Shown: positions 31,200 through 40,632, counted from the first letter of the stretch. The stretch is DNA of 64,000 nucleotides from Pontiella sp. (GCA_050290185.1 JBNKHE010000001.1:194713-258712), one strand, 5' to 3'. The notes: a model not told the origin generated them from the sequence alone. Numbers and translations: made by a program.

Positions 31200-31778
31200 A
31201 TGACCTTAGACAATTCAACGCCGGCATCACCGGCAACCTGGGTGGATGAACATGGAGACGCGCTGTTTGGTTATGCGCTGAGCCGGCTGAAGAATCCCTC
31301 GTCGGCGGAGGACGTGGTGCAGGAAACTTTTCTCGCGGCACTACGCGCGCAAAAGGATTTTTCCGGAAGCTCTTCGGAGCGAACCTGGCTCATCGGCATC
31401 CTGAAGCATAAGATTGTCGACCTCATCCGCAAGGAGAGCCGCGAGCAGCCGCTCGACGAGATCGAAACCATGGAGGCGCCGGAAGAAACTTTCTTCGATC
31501 GCAAGGGCCATTGGCGCGTTAAACCGGTTGAATGGAAGTCCCATCCAGGCAAGATCCTCGAACAGAAGGAATTCATGGCGGTGCTGCTCGGTTGCCTTGA
31601 ACATTTGCCCGATCGACTGCATCGTCTCTTCGTTCTGCGAGAGTTGGAAGAGCTCGACTCGGAAAAAATATGTAAGGATCTGTCCATCACTCCGACCAAC
31701 CTGTGGGTCTTGCTCTACCGCGCCCGCATGCGGCTGCGCGGCTGCCTGACCGAAAACTGGTTCGGGGAAAGGATCTGA
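31200..31778 (+). CDS. ECF sigma-70 factor
   Basis: AEDVVQETFL, TWLIGILKHKIVD, VLLYRARMRLR; followed directly by a ZAS anti-sigma. Confidence 0.92.
   Translation: MTLDNSTPASPATWVDEHGDALFGYALSRLKNPSSAEDVVQETFLAALRAQKDFSGSSSERTWLIGILKHKIVDLIRKESREQPLDEIETMEAPEETFFDRKGHWRVKPVEWKSHPGKILEQKEFMAVLLGCLEHLPDRLHRLFVLRELEELDSEKICKDLSITPTNLWVLLYRARMRLRGCLTENWFGERI
31671..31698 (+). promoter_or_regulatory. Putative intragenic ECF promoter for the anti-sigma gene
   Basis: TGTAAGG-N14-CCGACCA, matching the 32055 and 32949 motifs. Confidence 0.45.
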
Positions 31779-31779
31779 T

Positions 31780-32052
31780 ATGCTGACGTGCAAGGAAGTA
31801 TCAAAACTGGTATCCGACTCCCTGGAACGCGACCTCCCGTTCCAGCAGCGCCTCGGTGTGCGCATGCACCTGATGATGTGCTCGCTGTGCCGAACCTACA
31901 AACGACAAACGCTTTTCTTGCGGAACCTGTTTACGGGCTACAACCGGCGGTTGGAAGCAGACAATTTCACAAAGACCAAACTACCGGAAGAAACAGCCGA
32001 CCGCATCAAACGGGCGCTGGCTGATCAGGTCGATGACACGCCGGAAAAATAA
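31780..32052 (+). CDS. Soluble zf-HC2 (ZAS) anti-sigma factor
   Basis: LTCKEVSKLVS...HLMMCSLC (HxxxCxxC); no TM segment. Confidence 0.92.
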   Translation: MLTCKEVSKLVSDSLERDLPFQQRLGVRMHLMMCSLCRTYKRQTLFLRNLFTGYNRRLEADNFTKTKLPEETADRIKRALADQVDDTPEK

Positions 32053-32054
32053 TG

Positions 32055-32082
32055 TGTAAGGAATCCTGAACTGCTCCGACTA
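32055..32082 (+). promoter_or_regulatory. Putative ECF promoter (thioredoxin-like gene)
   Basis: TGTAAGG-N14-CCGACTA, intergenic. Confidence 0.65.
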
Positions 32083-32133
32083 CTGTTCAAACCGGGAATA
32101 AACCTGGTCGAATAGTCACTAAAGGAGTGGTTC

Positions 32134-32571
32134 ATGAAAAAGATAATTGCCTTGTACATCCTGTTCCTGCTGGGGGCGTCAAACCTGCATGCGGAACAGA
32201 GCAACTGGTTCACCGACTTTGAAAAGGCCAAGGCGGCCGCCGCCGAACGCAATGTTCCCATTCTGGCCGACTTTGCCGGCTCCGACTGGTGCGGCTGGTG
32301 CATGAAGTTGGATCAGGAAGTGCTCTCCCAACCGGAATTCCAGGTCTATGCCAAGGAGCACTTGGTGTTGTTTCTTGCCGATTTCCCCAACAGCAAACCG
32401 CAGACCGATTCCGTGAAGCAGCAAAACAAGGCGCTTGCGGAATACTACGGCGTGGAAGGCTTCCCGACCGTTCTGCTTTTGAATGCCAACGGCAAGGTCG
32501 TGGGCCGAACAGGATACCGGAAAGGCGGCCTGGCGGCTTATGTGGATCACATCAAATCGCTGCAGAAATAA
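32134..32571 (+). CDS. Exported thioredoxin-fold protein
   Basis: Signal peptide, GSDWCGWC, GFPT cis-Pro loop. Confidence 0.9.
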   Translation: MKKIIALYILFLLGASNLHAEQSNWFTDFEKAKAAAAERNVPILADFAGSDWCGWCMKLDQEVLSQPEFQVYAKEHLVLFLADFPNSKPQTDSVKQQNKALAEYYGVEGFPTVLLLNANGKVVGRTGYRKGGLAAYVDHIKSLQK

Positions 32572-32587
32572 AGAATTAAAATGAGGA

Positions 32588-32615
32588 GGTCACAGATCCG
32601 AAAAAACTCCGAATA
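32588..32615 (+). promoter_or_regulatory. Putative ECF promoter (small lipoprotein)
   Basis: GGTCACA-N14-CCGAATA; both elements identical to those upstream of msrAB. Confidence 0.65.
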
Positions 32616-32723
32616 CCTATAGTAAGAGAACGGATCAGAATCGAAGATCGGTAGTTTTGATCCGGCAGATGCCGGACTACATGATTCTGAATTCCAAAAC
32701 ATAAACCAACAGGAGACAGTAAA

Positions 32724-32894
32724 ATGAAGAATAAAACCATGATGATGGCCGCAATCGCGATGACCGTCTTGCTGATGACGATGACCGGATGCAATAGCAT
32801 GTGCGGAAAGAAGGGCTCCTCATGCACAAAAAGCAGCATGAGCGAAATGGCGCATCCAGCCGGATGCAAATGCGAAAAATGCGCCGCGATGTAG
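32724..32894 (+). CDS. 56-aa Cys/Met-rich lipoprotein (not in the ORF track)
   Basis: AGGAGA RBS. Translates as MKNKTMMMAAIAMTVLLMTMTG-CNSMCGKKGSSCTKSSMSEMAHPAGCKCEKCAAM. Lipobox-like MTGC; own promoter motif and terminator. Confidence 0.8.
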   Translation: MKNKTMMMAAIAMTVLLMTMTGCNSMCGKKGSSCTKSSMSEMAHPAGCKCEKCAAM

Positions 32895-32908
32895 CAGACC
32901 TCTTTGAC

Positions 32909-32940
32909 ATCCGGGGTGGAAACGCCTCGGATTTTCTTTT
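32909..32940 (+). terminator. Rho-independent terminator after the small lipoprotein
   Basis: ATCCGGGGTG-GAAA-CGCCTCGGAT followed by TTTCTTTT. Confidence 0.8.
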
Positions 32941-32948
32941 CCATATTC

Positions 32949-32976
32949 TGTAGGGTTTGGCAATCTCACCCGACTA
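32949..32976 (+). promoter_or_regulatory. Putative ECF promoter of the DUF547-rSAM-arsM operon
   Basis: TGTAGGG-N14-CCGACTA. Confidence 0.65.
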
Positions 32977-33023
32977 TGGGTTGCCGGCTACAATACGTTT
33001 TGTCGGAACGAAAGGTTCGAGAC

Positions 33024-33752
33024 ATGAAAGCAAGAATCTGTTTATGGCTTTTCCTAGCAACTGCTGCGGTGGCTTCCGCCCGGACGTTTGACCAAACCTA
33101 CTCCGAATTAAACCAAGTGCTGGAACCCCGGGTGATGGACGGCCGGGTGGATTACCAAGGCCTGAAGGCCGATCCGCTGCCGCTGAAAGAATTCCTTTCC
33201 GAGGCGGGCGCGTTGAAGGAATCGGAATTCAATGCATGGAACAAGAACGAACAGTTGGCCTTCCTGATCAATCTCTACAACGCCGCGACGCTCCAACTGA
33301 TTGTCGACCACTACCCGGTAAAATCCATCAAGAAAGCCGGATCCATTTTCAAGGGGCCTTGGGATCAACCGGTCGTTCCACTGTTTGGAAAAATGATTAC
33401 ACTCAACGAACTGGAGCACGGGATCATTCGCAAACAATACCACGAACCGCGTGTCCACATGGCGTTGGTGTGCGCCGCCAAGGGCTGCCCGCCGCTGAGG
33501 AGCGAGGCCTACACCGCCGAAAAACTCGATGCACAGCTCGACGACCAAAGCCGCACCTATCTCACTTCGCCGGCAGGATTGGTGATCGATCAATCCAAGG
33601 GCGCGGCGCGCATCTCCTCCATCTTCAAATGGTACGGGAGCGACTTTTCGTCCGTGCCGGATTTTATCGAAAAACACAGCGGAAAGTCGCTGAATGGATT
33701 GAAAATCCGCTATATCGACTATGACTGGTCGTTAAACGAAAGTGAGAAATAG
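33024..33752 (+). CDS. DUF547 domain exported protein
   Basis: LAFLINLYNA, EPRVHMALVCAAKGCPPL, SSIFKWY, YDWSLN; signal peptide from ATG 33024. Confidence 0.9.
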   Translation: MKARICLWLFLATAAVASARTFDQTYSELNQVLEPRVMDGRVDYQGLKADPLPLKEFLSEAGALKESEFNAWNKNEQLAFLINLYNAATLQLIVDHYPVKSIKKAGSIFKGPWDQPVVPLFGKMITLNELEHGIIRKQYHEPRVHMALVCAAKGCPPLRSEAYTAEKLDAQLDDQSRTYLTSPAGLVIDQSKGAARISSIFKWYGSDFSSVPDFIEKHSGKSLNGLKIRYIDYDWSLNESEK

Positions 33753-33754
33753 AC

Positions 33755-34687
33755 ATGGACCAAACGTTGGACCCGAGTATCCATCTGGAACACAAGGAAT
33801 GGTTGCGAACGCCCGCCGGCGATCCGCGCGGATATATCCAGCCGCAGCGACTCAACGAGCTCTGGTTCCATACCGGCACCATCTGCAACCTGCGCTGCCC
33901 GTTCTGCCTCGAAGGCTCGAAGCCCGGCGACAACCGCCTCCAGCAACCCACGCTCGACGAGGTAAAACCGTTCGTCCAGGAGGCCGTCGCGTTGGGAGTA
34001 CAACAGTTTTCCTTCACGGGCGGTGAGCCGTTTATCATTCAAGAGATCATCGAGATTCTCGACTACGCGCTCGATTTCAACCCGTGCCTCGTATTGACCA
34101 ATGCCACCGAACCGCTGATCAGCCGCCTCGGCATGCTCGCGACACTGATCCGCAAGCCGTTTCCATTGCATTTTCGCGTCAGCCTCGACTATCCCGACCC
34201 GGCGCGACACGACAACGGCCGTGGGCGCGGAAACTTCAACCTGTCGCTGAAAACGATGAAGCAGATCCATCGCCTCGGCTTCAAGGTATCCATCGCCCGT
34301 CAAAGCGAGGTCAATGAAGATATCGAGGCGGTCAACCGCGACTTCCTCCCGTTTTTTGAACAGGCCGGCCTCCCGGCGGATACGACCATTGTCGTGTTTC
34401 CCGAATTCCACGAGCCCGGATCCAATCCCGATGTACCGTTCATCACCGAATCGTGCATGACCACCTACAAGACGGAGGAAGAGCGCGACCAATTCATGTG
34501 CAACTTCAGCAAGATGGTCGTCAAGAAAGGCGGCCGCATGCGGGTCTATGCCTGCACGCTGGTCGATGATGACGAAGACTACGATCTAGGCGGCACCCTC
34601 TCTGAAGCGATGAAGGTGCGGGTCATGCTCAAGCACCACCGGTGCTATTCGTGTTTCGCGAACGGGGCGTCGTGCAGTGAATTATAG
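33755..34687 (+). CDS. Radical SAM protein (ArsS-related, non-canonical)
   Basis: CNLRCPFC, FTGGEP and a Cys-rich C-terminus (HHRCYSCFANGASCS); adjacent to arsM. Confidence 0.85.
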   Translation: MDQTLDPSIHLEHKEWLRTPAGDPRGYIQPQRLNELWFHTGTICNLRCPFCLEGSKPGDNRLQQPTLDEVKPFVQEAVALGVQQFSFTGGEPFIIQEIIEILDYALDFNPCLVLTNATEPLISRLGMLATLIRKPFPLHFRVSLDYPDPARHDNGRGRGNFNLSLKTMKQIHRLGFKVSIARQSEVNEDIEAVNRDFLPFFEQAGLPADTTIVVFPEFHEPGSNPDVPFITESCMTTYKTEEERDQFMCNFSKMVVKKGGRMRVYACTLVDDDEDYDLGGTLSEAMKVRVMLKHHRCYSCFANGASCSEL

Positions 34688-34695
34688 GAAAGGAA

Positions 34696-35763
34696 ATGAT
34701 CATGAGTGAAATCGCAAAAACCAAAAGACATGAAGAGGTCAGCCAATACTACGGGGAAACCCTGCAGCATTCCGGCGACCTGAAAACCAATGCTTGCTGC
34801 ACCATCCAGGCCTATCCGGCGCATATCCAGGTGGCCTTGGAAAAGATCCACGACGAAGTCACCGGAAAATACTATGGCTGCGGCCTGACCATTCCCCTTG
34901 AACTCGAAGGCCGCCGTATTCTGGATCTCGGCTCCGGCTCGGGGCGCGACTGCTACATCGCCTCCTATCTCGTCGGTCCGGACGGCTATGTGGTGGGCAT
35001 CGACATGACCGATGAGCAGCTCGACGTCGCCAACCGCCACATCGATTATCACACAGAAGCTTTCGGTTACGGCAAACCCAACGTCGAATTCAGGAAAGGC
35101 TTGATCGAAAAACTCGACGAAGCCGGACTCGAAGACAACGCGTTCGACATCGTGATCTCCAATTGCGTAATCAACCTCTGTCCCGACAAGGATGCCGCGT
35201 TACGCGAAATCTATCGCGTGCTCAAACCCGGCGGCGAATTCTATTTTTCCGACGTCTATTCGGACCGCCGTATTCCAACGAACCTGCTCGACGATCCGGT
35301 GCTCTACGGCGAATGCCTCAGCGGCGCATTATACGAGCACGACTTTATCCGGCTGGCACGCAAGCATGGTTTCAACGATCCGCGCGAAGTAGCGCGCGAT
35401 CCGATCACCATCGAAAACAGCTATGTGCAGGAGCTGGTCGGCGGCATCCAATTCGATTCGATCACCTATCGGCTGTTCAAATTGCCGGAGCTGGAAGACG
35501 CCTGCGAAGACTACGGGCAGGCCGTCCGCTTCAAAGGCACGTTGCGCCACTCCCCGGATGTTTTCGAACTAGACGCCGATCATCGCTTCGAGAAGGGCCG
35601 GTCTCATCTGGTCTGCGGCAACTCTTTCAACATGCTGGCAAAGACCCGCTTTGCGGAACACTTTGATTATTTTGGAGACGAGTCCACCCACTTTGGACGC
35701 ATGATTGATTGCGCACCCACCAACGAAGCCGAACGGGCTTCCGGCGCAAGTTGCGGTTGCTAA
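34696..35763 (+). CDS. arsM: Arsenite S-adenosylmethionine methyltransferase
   Basis: NACC, YYGCG, LDLGSGSGRD (SAM binding), SNCVINL, GECLSGA: all four ArsM/AS3MT Cys positions are present. Ends in SCGC. Confidence 0.9.
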   Translation: MIMSEIAKTKRHEEVSQYYGETLQHSGDLKTNACCTIQAYPAHIQVALEKIHDEVTGKYYGCGLTIPLELEGRRILDLGSGSGRDCYIASYLVGPDGYVVGIDMTDEQLDVANRHIDYHTEAFGYGKPNVEFRKGLIEKLDEAGLEDNAFDIVISNCVINLCPDKDAALREIYRVLKPGGEFYFSDVYSDRRIPTNLLDDPVLYGECLSGALYEHDFIRLARKHGFNDPREVARDPITIENSYVQELVGGIQFDSITYRLFKLPELEDACEDYGQAVRFKGTLRHSPDVFELDADHRFEKGRSHLVCGNSFNMLAKTRFAEHFDYFGDESTHFGRMIDCAPTNEAERASGASCGC

Positions 35764-35779
35764 TAACATGGAGGCAAAC

Positions 35780-36397
35780 ATGAAAAGCATAATGACACTC
35801 GCCATTGCAGCACTGTGCATCACGCTGACGGCGTCGGCTGAAGAAAAATTCCAACCGTTGATGATCGGGCAGGAAATTCCAGACCTCACGCTGAAGAACG
35901 TTGGCGGCGAAGCCGTAAAGCTGCGGGCGGCGGCCGCGGAACGACCCCTGGTGCTGATCTTCTACCGCGGAAGCTGGTGCCCCTATTGCAGCCGGCATCT
36001 CATGCAGATGCAGGAACTCGATCCCAAGCTGCGCGAGCTGGGTTACCGGATCATTGCCATCAGCCCCGACCTGCCGGAGAATCTGGAAAAGAGCATCGAG
36101 AAGGAAAAGCTGACCTACACGCTGCTTTCCGACTCCACCATGGCGGCATCCAAGGCCTTCGGGCTCGCGTTCACGGTCGATGATGCAACGCTCGAAAAAT
36201 ATGCGGGCTACGGGATCGATCTCGAAAAGGCCTCCGGCGAAAAGCACCACATGCTTCCAGTGCCGGCGGTCTTCCTAGTCGGGAAGGATGGCACCATCGA
36301 CTTTGTCTATGCCAACCCCGACTACAAAACGCGCATCGATTCCGAGGTGCTGCTGGCCGCTGCAAAAGCCGCAGTGAAGGCAGATGAAAAGCAATAG
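35780..36397 (+). CDS. Exported peroxiredoxin-like (AhpC/TSA) protein
   Basis: Signal peptide, FYRGSWCPYC, LPVPAVF; GGAGG RBS before ATG 35780. Confidence 0.88.
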   Translation: MKSIMTLAIAALCITLTASAEEKFQPLMIGQEIPDLTLKNVGGEAVKLRAAAAERPLVLIFYRGSWCPYCSRHLMQMQELDPKLRELGYRIIAISPDLPENLEKSIEKEKLTYTLLSDSTMAASKAFGLAFTVDDATLEKYAGYGIDLEKASGEKHHMLPVPAVFLVGKDGTIDFVYANPDYKTRIDSEVLLAAAKAAVKADEKQ

Positions 36398-37085
36398 ATG
36401 GATCAAGCCGTTGTTGATTGCGGCGGCCGTCATTGCAGTGCTGGTGCTGGGCGGAAAATACCTGCACCTGCAGCAGCGCATCGCCGATGTACTGGCATGG
36501 ATCGAGAATCTTGGGCCGGCAGGCATGGGCGTGTATGCGTTGCTCTACATCGTGGCCTGCATCTTGTTCATTCCCGGCTCGTTGCTGACGCTCGGCGCCG
36601 GGGCCATCTATGGCGTGGTTGCGGGCTCTATCCTGGTCTCGGTTTCCTCGACCCTTGGGGCAACCGCCGCGTTTCTGGTCGGCCGCTATTTTGCACGCGA
36701 CTGGATTGCGAAGAAGATAGAGGGCAATGCCCGCTTTACCACCATCGACGATGCCGTCGCGAAGGAAGGCTGGCGGATCGTCGGGCTCACCCGCCTTTCG
36801 CCGGTCTTTTCGTTCAACCTGCTCAACTATGCCTACGGCCTCACCAAGGTGTCGCTACGCGAGTATTTCTTCGCCTCGTGGATCGGCATGATGCCCGGCA
36901 CGGTGATGTATGTCTACATCGGCTCGCTGGCCGGCGACCTCGCCAGCATCGGTGCGGAAACCGCCGAAGCGCCATCCACCGCCCGATGGACCATCAACAT
37001 CGTCGCATTCATCGCCACCGTGCTCGTAACCGTCTACGTCACCAAGATTGCGAGGAAAGCCCTTTCGGAGAAAATCGATGAGTGA
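36384..37085 (+). CDS. DedA/TVP38 (TMEM64) family membrane protein
   Basis: PGSLLTLGAG, GATAAFLVGRY, RLSPVFSFNLLNYAYG. Confidence 0.92.
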   Translation: MKSNRWIKPLLIAAAVIAVLVLGGKYLHLQQRIADVLAWIENLGPAGMGVYALLYIVACILFIPGSLLTLGAGAIYGVVAGSILVSVSSTLGATAAFLVGRYFARDWIAKKIEGNARFTTIDDAVAKEGWRIVGLTRLSPVFSFNLLNYAYGLTKVSLREYFFASWIGMMPGTVMYVYIGSLAGDLASIGAETAEAPSTARWTINIVAFIATVLVTVYVTKIARKALSEKIDE

Positions 37086-38592
37086 GGAATGGAAATTTGA
37101 TGTGCTTCCGGCCGATGAACACAACCAGCGCCTGCTGGACAATGTGCATCCGGCCGATTGGAAGAATCCGGAGCCGGACGGCACGTACAATCTGGTTGCC
37201 ATCGGAGCCGGCACCGCCGGTTTGATCTCGGCCATCGGCACGGCCGGGCTCGGTGGAAAGGTGGCGTTGATCGAACGGCACCTGATGGGCGGCGACTGCC
37301 TCAACGTCGGTTGCGTGCCGTCGAAGGCTCTGATCCGCCCGTCGCGGCTGGCGGCGGAAATGCGCAACGCGGCGGACTATGGTTTGACGCCATCCGAAAT
37401 CCATAAAGAGGATTTTCCGAAAGTCATGGAACGCCTGCGCCGTATCCGCGCCGACATCAGCAAAAACGATTCGGCGAAGCGCTACGCGGAAAAGGGCGTC
37501 GATATGTTCATCGGCGAAGCGAAGTTTACCGGGCATAACACCGTCGAGGTTGGCGGGAGGGAAATCCGTTTCAAGAAAGCGGTCATCACCACCGGCGCGC
37601 GCGCTGTGCATCCGGATATTCCGGGACTCGAAGAGGCCGGATTCCTGACGAACGAAACCGTGTTCAATCTAACGGAACGACCGAAGCATCTCATCGTGAT
37701 TGGCGGCGGCCCGATCGGTTGCGAGCTGGCCCAGGCGTTCCGTAATCTGGGATCAAAGGTTACGATCATTCAGCATTCTCGTTTTCTGCCGCGCGAAGAT
37801 CCCGAAGCCTCGGCGCTGCTTGCCGAGGTGTTTCAGCGCGAAGGCATCGAGGTGCTGCTCGACGCAACCGTTGAGCGCGTATCCACGGATGGCGCGATCA
37901 AGCGTGTGCATACAAACCATGGCACCATCGAAGGCGACGAGTTGCTCGTTGGCGTTGGCCGTGCTCCCAACGTCGAAAATCTTGGACTCGAAATGGCCGG
38001 CGTGGAATATGATCCCCGAACCGGAATCCATGTGGATGACCATCTTCACACGACCAATCCGAACATCTATGCGGCGGGCGACTGCTGCATGCAGCAAAAG
38101 TTTACGCATGCGGCCGATGCCGCCGCACAGATCGTCATTCAGAACGCGCTGTTTGGCGGAAGGAAAAAACTGTCCGCCCTCAACATGCCGTGGTGCACGT
38201 ACACCCATCCGGAAATCGCCCATGTCGGTCTGTACGAGCACGACGCCAAGGATAAGAGAATCAAAACCGATTCCTACAAATTCGAGATGGCCGAAAACGA
38301 CCGCGCACAGGCCGAGGGCGAAACCGAAGGCTTCGTGAAAGTCGTCGTAAAAAAGGGCACCGACAAGATTCTCGGCGCCACCATCGTCGCTGCGCATGCC
38401 GGGGAAATGATCAACGAAATCTCCGTCGCCATGGCGGCCGGCATGGGATTGGGAAAAATCGGCGGCGTGATCCATCCCTATCCCACGCAGTCCGAAGCCA
38501 TCAAGCGCGTGGCCGGTCTTTACAACCAAACCCGCCTCACCCCCACCGTTGCCAAGTTGATGAAAAAATGGCTGTTTTGGCAACGGCGCTGA
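37078..38592 (+). CDS. FAD-dependent pyridine nucleotide-disulfide oxidoreductase (Lpd/MerA-like, not a true MerA)
   Basis: GAGTAG, GGDCLNVGCVPSK, GGGPIG, HPYPT; no C-terminal Cys-Cys pair. Confidence 0.9.
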   Translation: MSEEWKFDVLPADEHNQRLLDNVHPADWKNPEPDGTYNLVAIGAGTAGLISAIGTAGLGGKVALIERHLMGGDCLNVGCVPSKALIRPSRLAAEMRNAADYGLTPSEIHKEDFPKVMERLRRIRADISKNDSAKRYAEKGVDMFIGEAKFTGHNTVEVGGREIRFKKAVITTGARAVHPDIPGLEEAGFLTNETVFNLTERPKHLIVIGGGPIGCELAQAFRNLGSKVTIIQHSRFLPREDPEASALLAEVFQREGIEVLLDATVERVSTDGAIKRVHTNHGTIEGDELLVGVGRAPNVENLGLEMAGVEYDPRTGIHVDDHLHTTNPNIYAAGDCCMQQKFTHAADAAAQIVIQNALFGGRKKLSALNMPWCTYTHPEIAHVGLYEHDAKDKRIKTDSYKFEMAENDRAQAEGETEGFVKVVVKKGTDKILGATIVAAHAGEMINEISVAMAAGMGLGKIGGVIHPYPTQSEAIKRVAGLYNQTRLTPTVAKLMKKWLFWQRR

Positions 38593-38595
38593 CGA

Positions 38596-40632
38596 ATGGA
38601 GCGAAGATTACGCATGGATGGATGTCGTCGTAAGAATCGTTGGGGTTTCGCAGGCATATTTGTCTTTATACTGGTGACGCTTGCAACCGGAACCGGGGCG
38701 ATGAAGGGGCAGGAACCGTATCTGCACATGCTGCGTTTTGCGCTGGTGTCGGCAAGCGGCCTCATGGTGTTCCTCCTGTTGCCCCGGACGAGTTTCAATC
38801 CTTCGCGATGGATCATGTTGATGGCTGTGCTGGCACGGTTGGCGATGCTGCCCATGGAGCACACCGACGACATGAACCGCTATCTGTGGGAAGGACGACT
38901 GATCACGGAAGGCATCAATCCCTATCTGCATGCGCCCGACGATCCGAATCTTGCAGCCTTGACCCAAACCGATCCATACCACAGCGCCATCAACCTTCCA
39001 CATCTTTCGGCGGCCTATCCGCCGTTCGTGCTTGGTCTGTTCGCTGCGGCCGGCTCGGTCTGGTATAGCCCATGGGTCATCAAGCTCATGGTAGTGGCCT
39101 TCGACCTTTCAAGTGTTTGGCTCTTACTCCTGTTGCTGCGACACCGACGCCTTGATGCACGTTGGGCCTTGCTGTATGCCTTGAATCCGGTTGTGCTCTA
39201 TGCTTTCGCCGGGGAGGCGCACTTTGACGCGATCCAAAACTTTTTCCTGCTGGCCTCTCTTGTTGCCTTTGATCGCCGGCGCTGGGGCTGGATGTTTCTT
39301 CTGGCCGGATTGGCGATACAGTCAAAATATGTCGCCCTTGTCGCCTGCCCATTCCTGCTCCGCCGCGACAACCTGAAATGGATGTGGACCGGAGCCATTG
39401 CCGTAGTGCTCCCCTTTCTGCCGATTTTGGCCATGGAACCCGGCAATGTTTTTTCCTGCCTTTCAACATTCGGCCAGCACTACGCGTACAACGGTTCCAT
39501 GCACATACTGCTGTGGAACCTGCTGGACGACCAGGTGCTTGCAGCGCGCCTATGCATGATGGTTTTAACGACTGGATTGGTCGTTGTCTTTCTCCTGTAC
39601 AGCCCCATGCTGCGCCGCCGTTTTCGCGACGATCCGCATACCGGCATGATGGCGGCCCTGTCGCTGTTGCTGATCTTTTCCCCGACCATTCACTTCTGGT
39701 ATCTCAGCTGGATTGCTATCCTGCTCCCTCTGATTCCGCTTCGGTCGTGGATGCTAATCTGTGTCACGATCAGCGCATCGTTTGTCACGCGCCAGATCTA
39801 CGAACAAACCGGGCACTGGATGCTTCCGAATGCCTTTCTGATTATTGAATGGTCGCCCTTGTTGATTTTGGGATGGGAAGCTGCGGCCGGATTGCGCCGA
39901 AGCTTCCTGCCGGAACCGATCCCCCCGGAATCCATTTCGGTGATCATTCCAACGCTGAACGAAAGCGAACAAATCGGGCCATGCATCCAAGCCATTCAAT
40001 CGGGCGGCATCGTGACTGAAATCCTAGTAGCCGATGGCGGATCACAGGATGACACGATACAGCAGGCAAGCGCAGCCGGCGCCACGGTTTTGGAGGCGGT
40101 GGAAGGAAAACGCGGCGGGCAGATTATGGCGGGCATTCAACAGGCAACGGGCGATATTGTCGCCATCGTGCATTCAGACACCCTTGTCCCGGCCAACCTT
40201 TTCGAGGACATGCTGGAAGTTCTGCGACGCAATCCAAGCATGGGGGGCGGCGCGTTGGGTTCGGTATTCGATGGCCGCGGCACATGCCTGCGGCTAGTCC
40301 AGCTATTGAACGATTTTCGTGCCGCGTTTCTTGGGATCGCATTCGGCGACCAGGTGCAGTTTTTCCGCCGCGAAACTGGGCTGAAGCACAACGTTTTTTG
40401 CGGCATTCCACTCATGGAGGACGTGGAGCTGAGCCTTCGGCTTGGTCGCATCGGTCGCAGGGCCTTTTTATTTGGCGATGTTCAGGTGTCGTCCAGAAAA
40501 TGGAATGCAGGAGGACTCAAGCGCATTATTCTTGTTCTCCGCTTGGTCGGCACCTACTGCTTTCAGCGCCTATGGTGCAGGGCCGATACCGCCGCCATGT
40601 ACCGGCACTATTATAAAGAGGCTTCCGAGTGA
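38596..40632 (+). CDS. Fusion of a GT-C (GT87-like) membrane glycosyltransferase and a GT2 (TIGR04283-like) domain; start uncertain
   Basis: N-part: DDMNRYLWEG...NPY, YPP, YALNP, multi-TM. C-part: SVIIPTLNE, DGGS.D, HSDT, FGDQ, MEDVELS, SSRKW. Confidence 0.8.
   Translation: MERRLRMDGCRRKNRWGFAGIFVFILVTLATGTGAMKGQEPYLHMLRFALVSASGLMVFLLLPRTSFNPSRWIMLMAVLARLAMLPMEHTDDMNRYLWEGRLITEGINPYLHAPDDPNLAALTQTDPYHSAINLPHLSAAYPPFVLGLFAAAGSVWYSPWVIKLMVVAFDLSSVWLLLLLLRHRRLDARWALLYALNPVVLYAFAGEAHFDAIQNFFLLASLVAFDRRRWGWMFLLAGLAIQSKYVALVACPFLLRRDNLKWMWTGAIAVVLPFLPILAMEPGNVFSCLSTFGQHYAYNGSMHILLWNLLDDQVLAARLCMMVLTTGLVVVFLLYSPMLRRRFRDDPHTGMMAALSLLLIFSPTIHFWYLSWIAILLPLIPLRSWMLICVTISASFVTRQIYEQTGHWMLPNAFLIIEWSPLLILGWEAAAGLRRSFLPEPIPPESISVIIPTLNESEQIGPCIQAIQSGGIVTEILVADGGSQDDTIQQASAAGATVLEAVEGKRGGQIMAGIQQATGDIVAIVHSDTLVPANLFEDMLEVLRRNPSMGGGALGSVFDGRGTCLRLVQLLNDFRAAFLGIAFGDQVQFFRRETGLKHNVFCGIPLMEDVELSLRLGRIGRRAFLFGDVQVSSRKWNAGGLKRIILVLRLVGTYCFQRLWCRADTAAMYRHYYKEASE

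Noticed and set aside
37078..38592. Mercuric reductase merA / mer operon
   Set aside because: No C-terminal Cys-Cys pair or NmerA domain, an HPYPT Lpd-like motif is present, and no merR/T/P genes are nearby.
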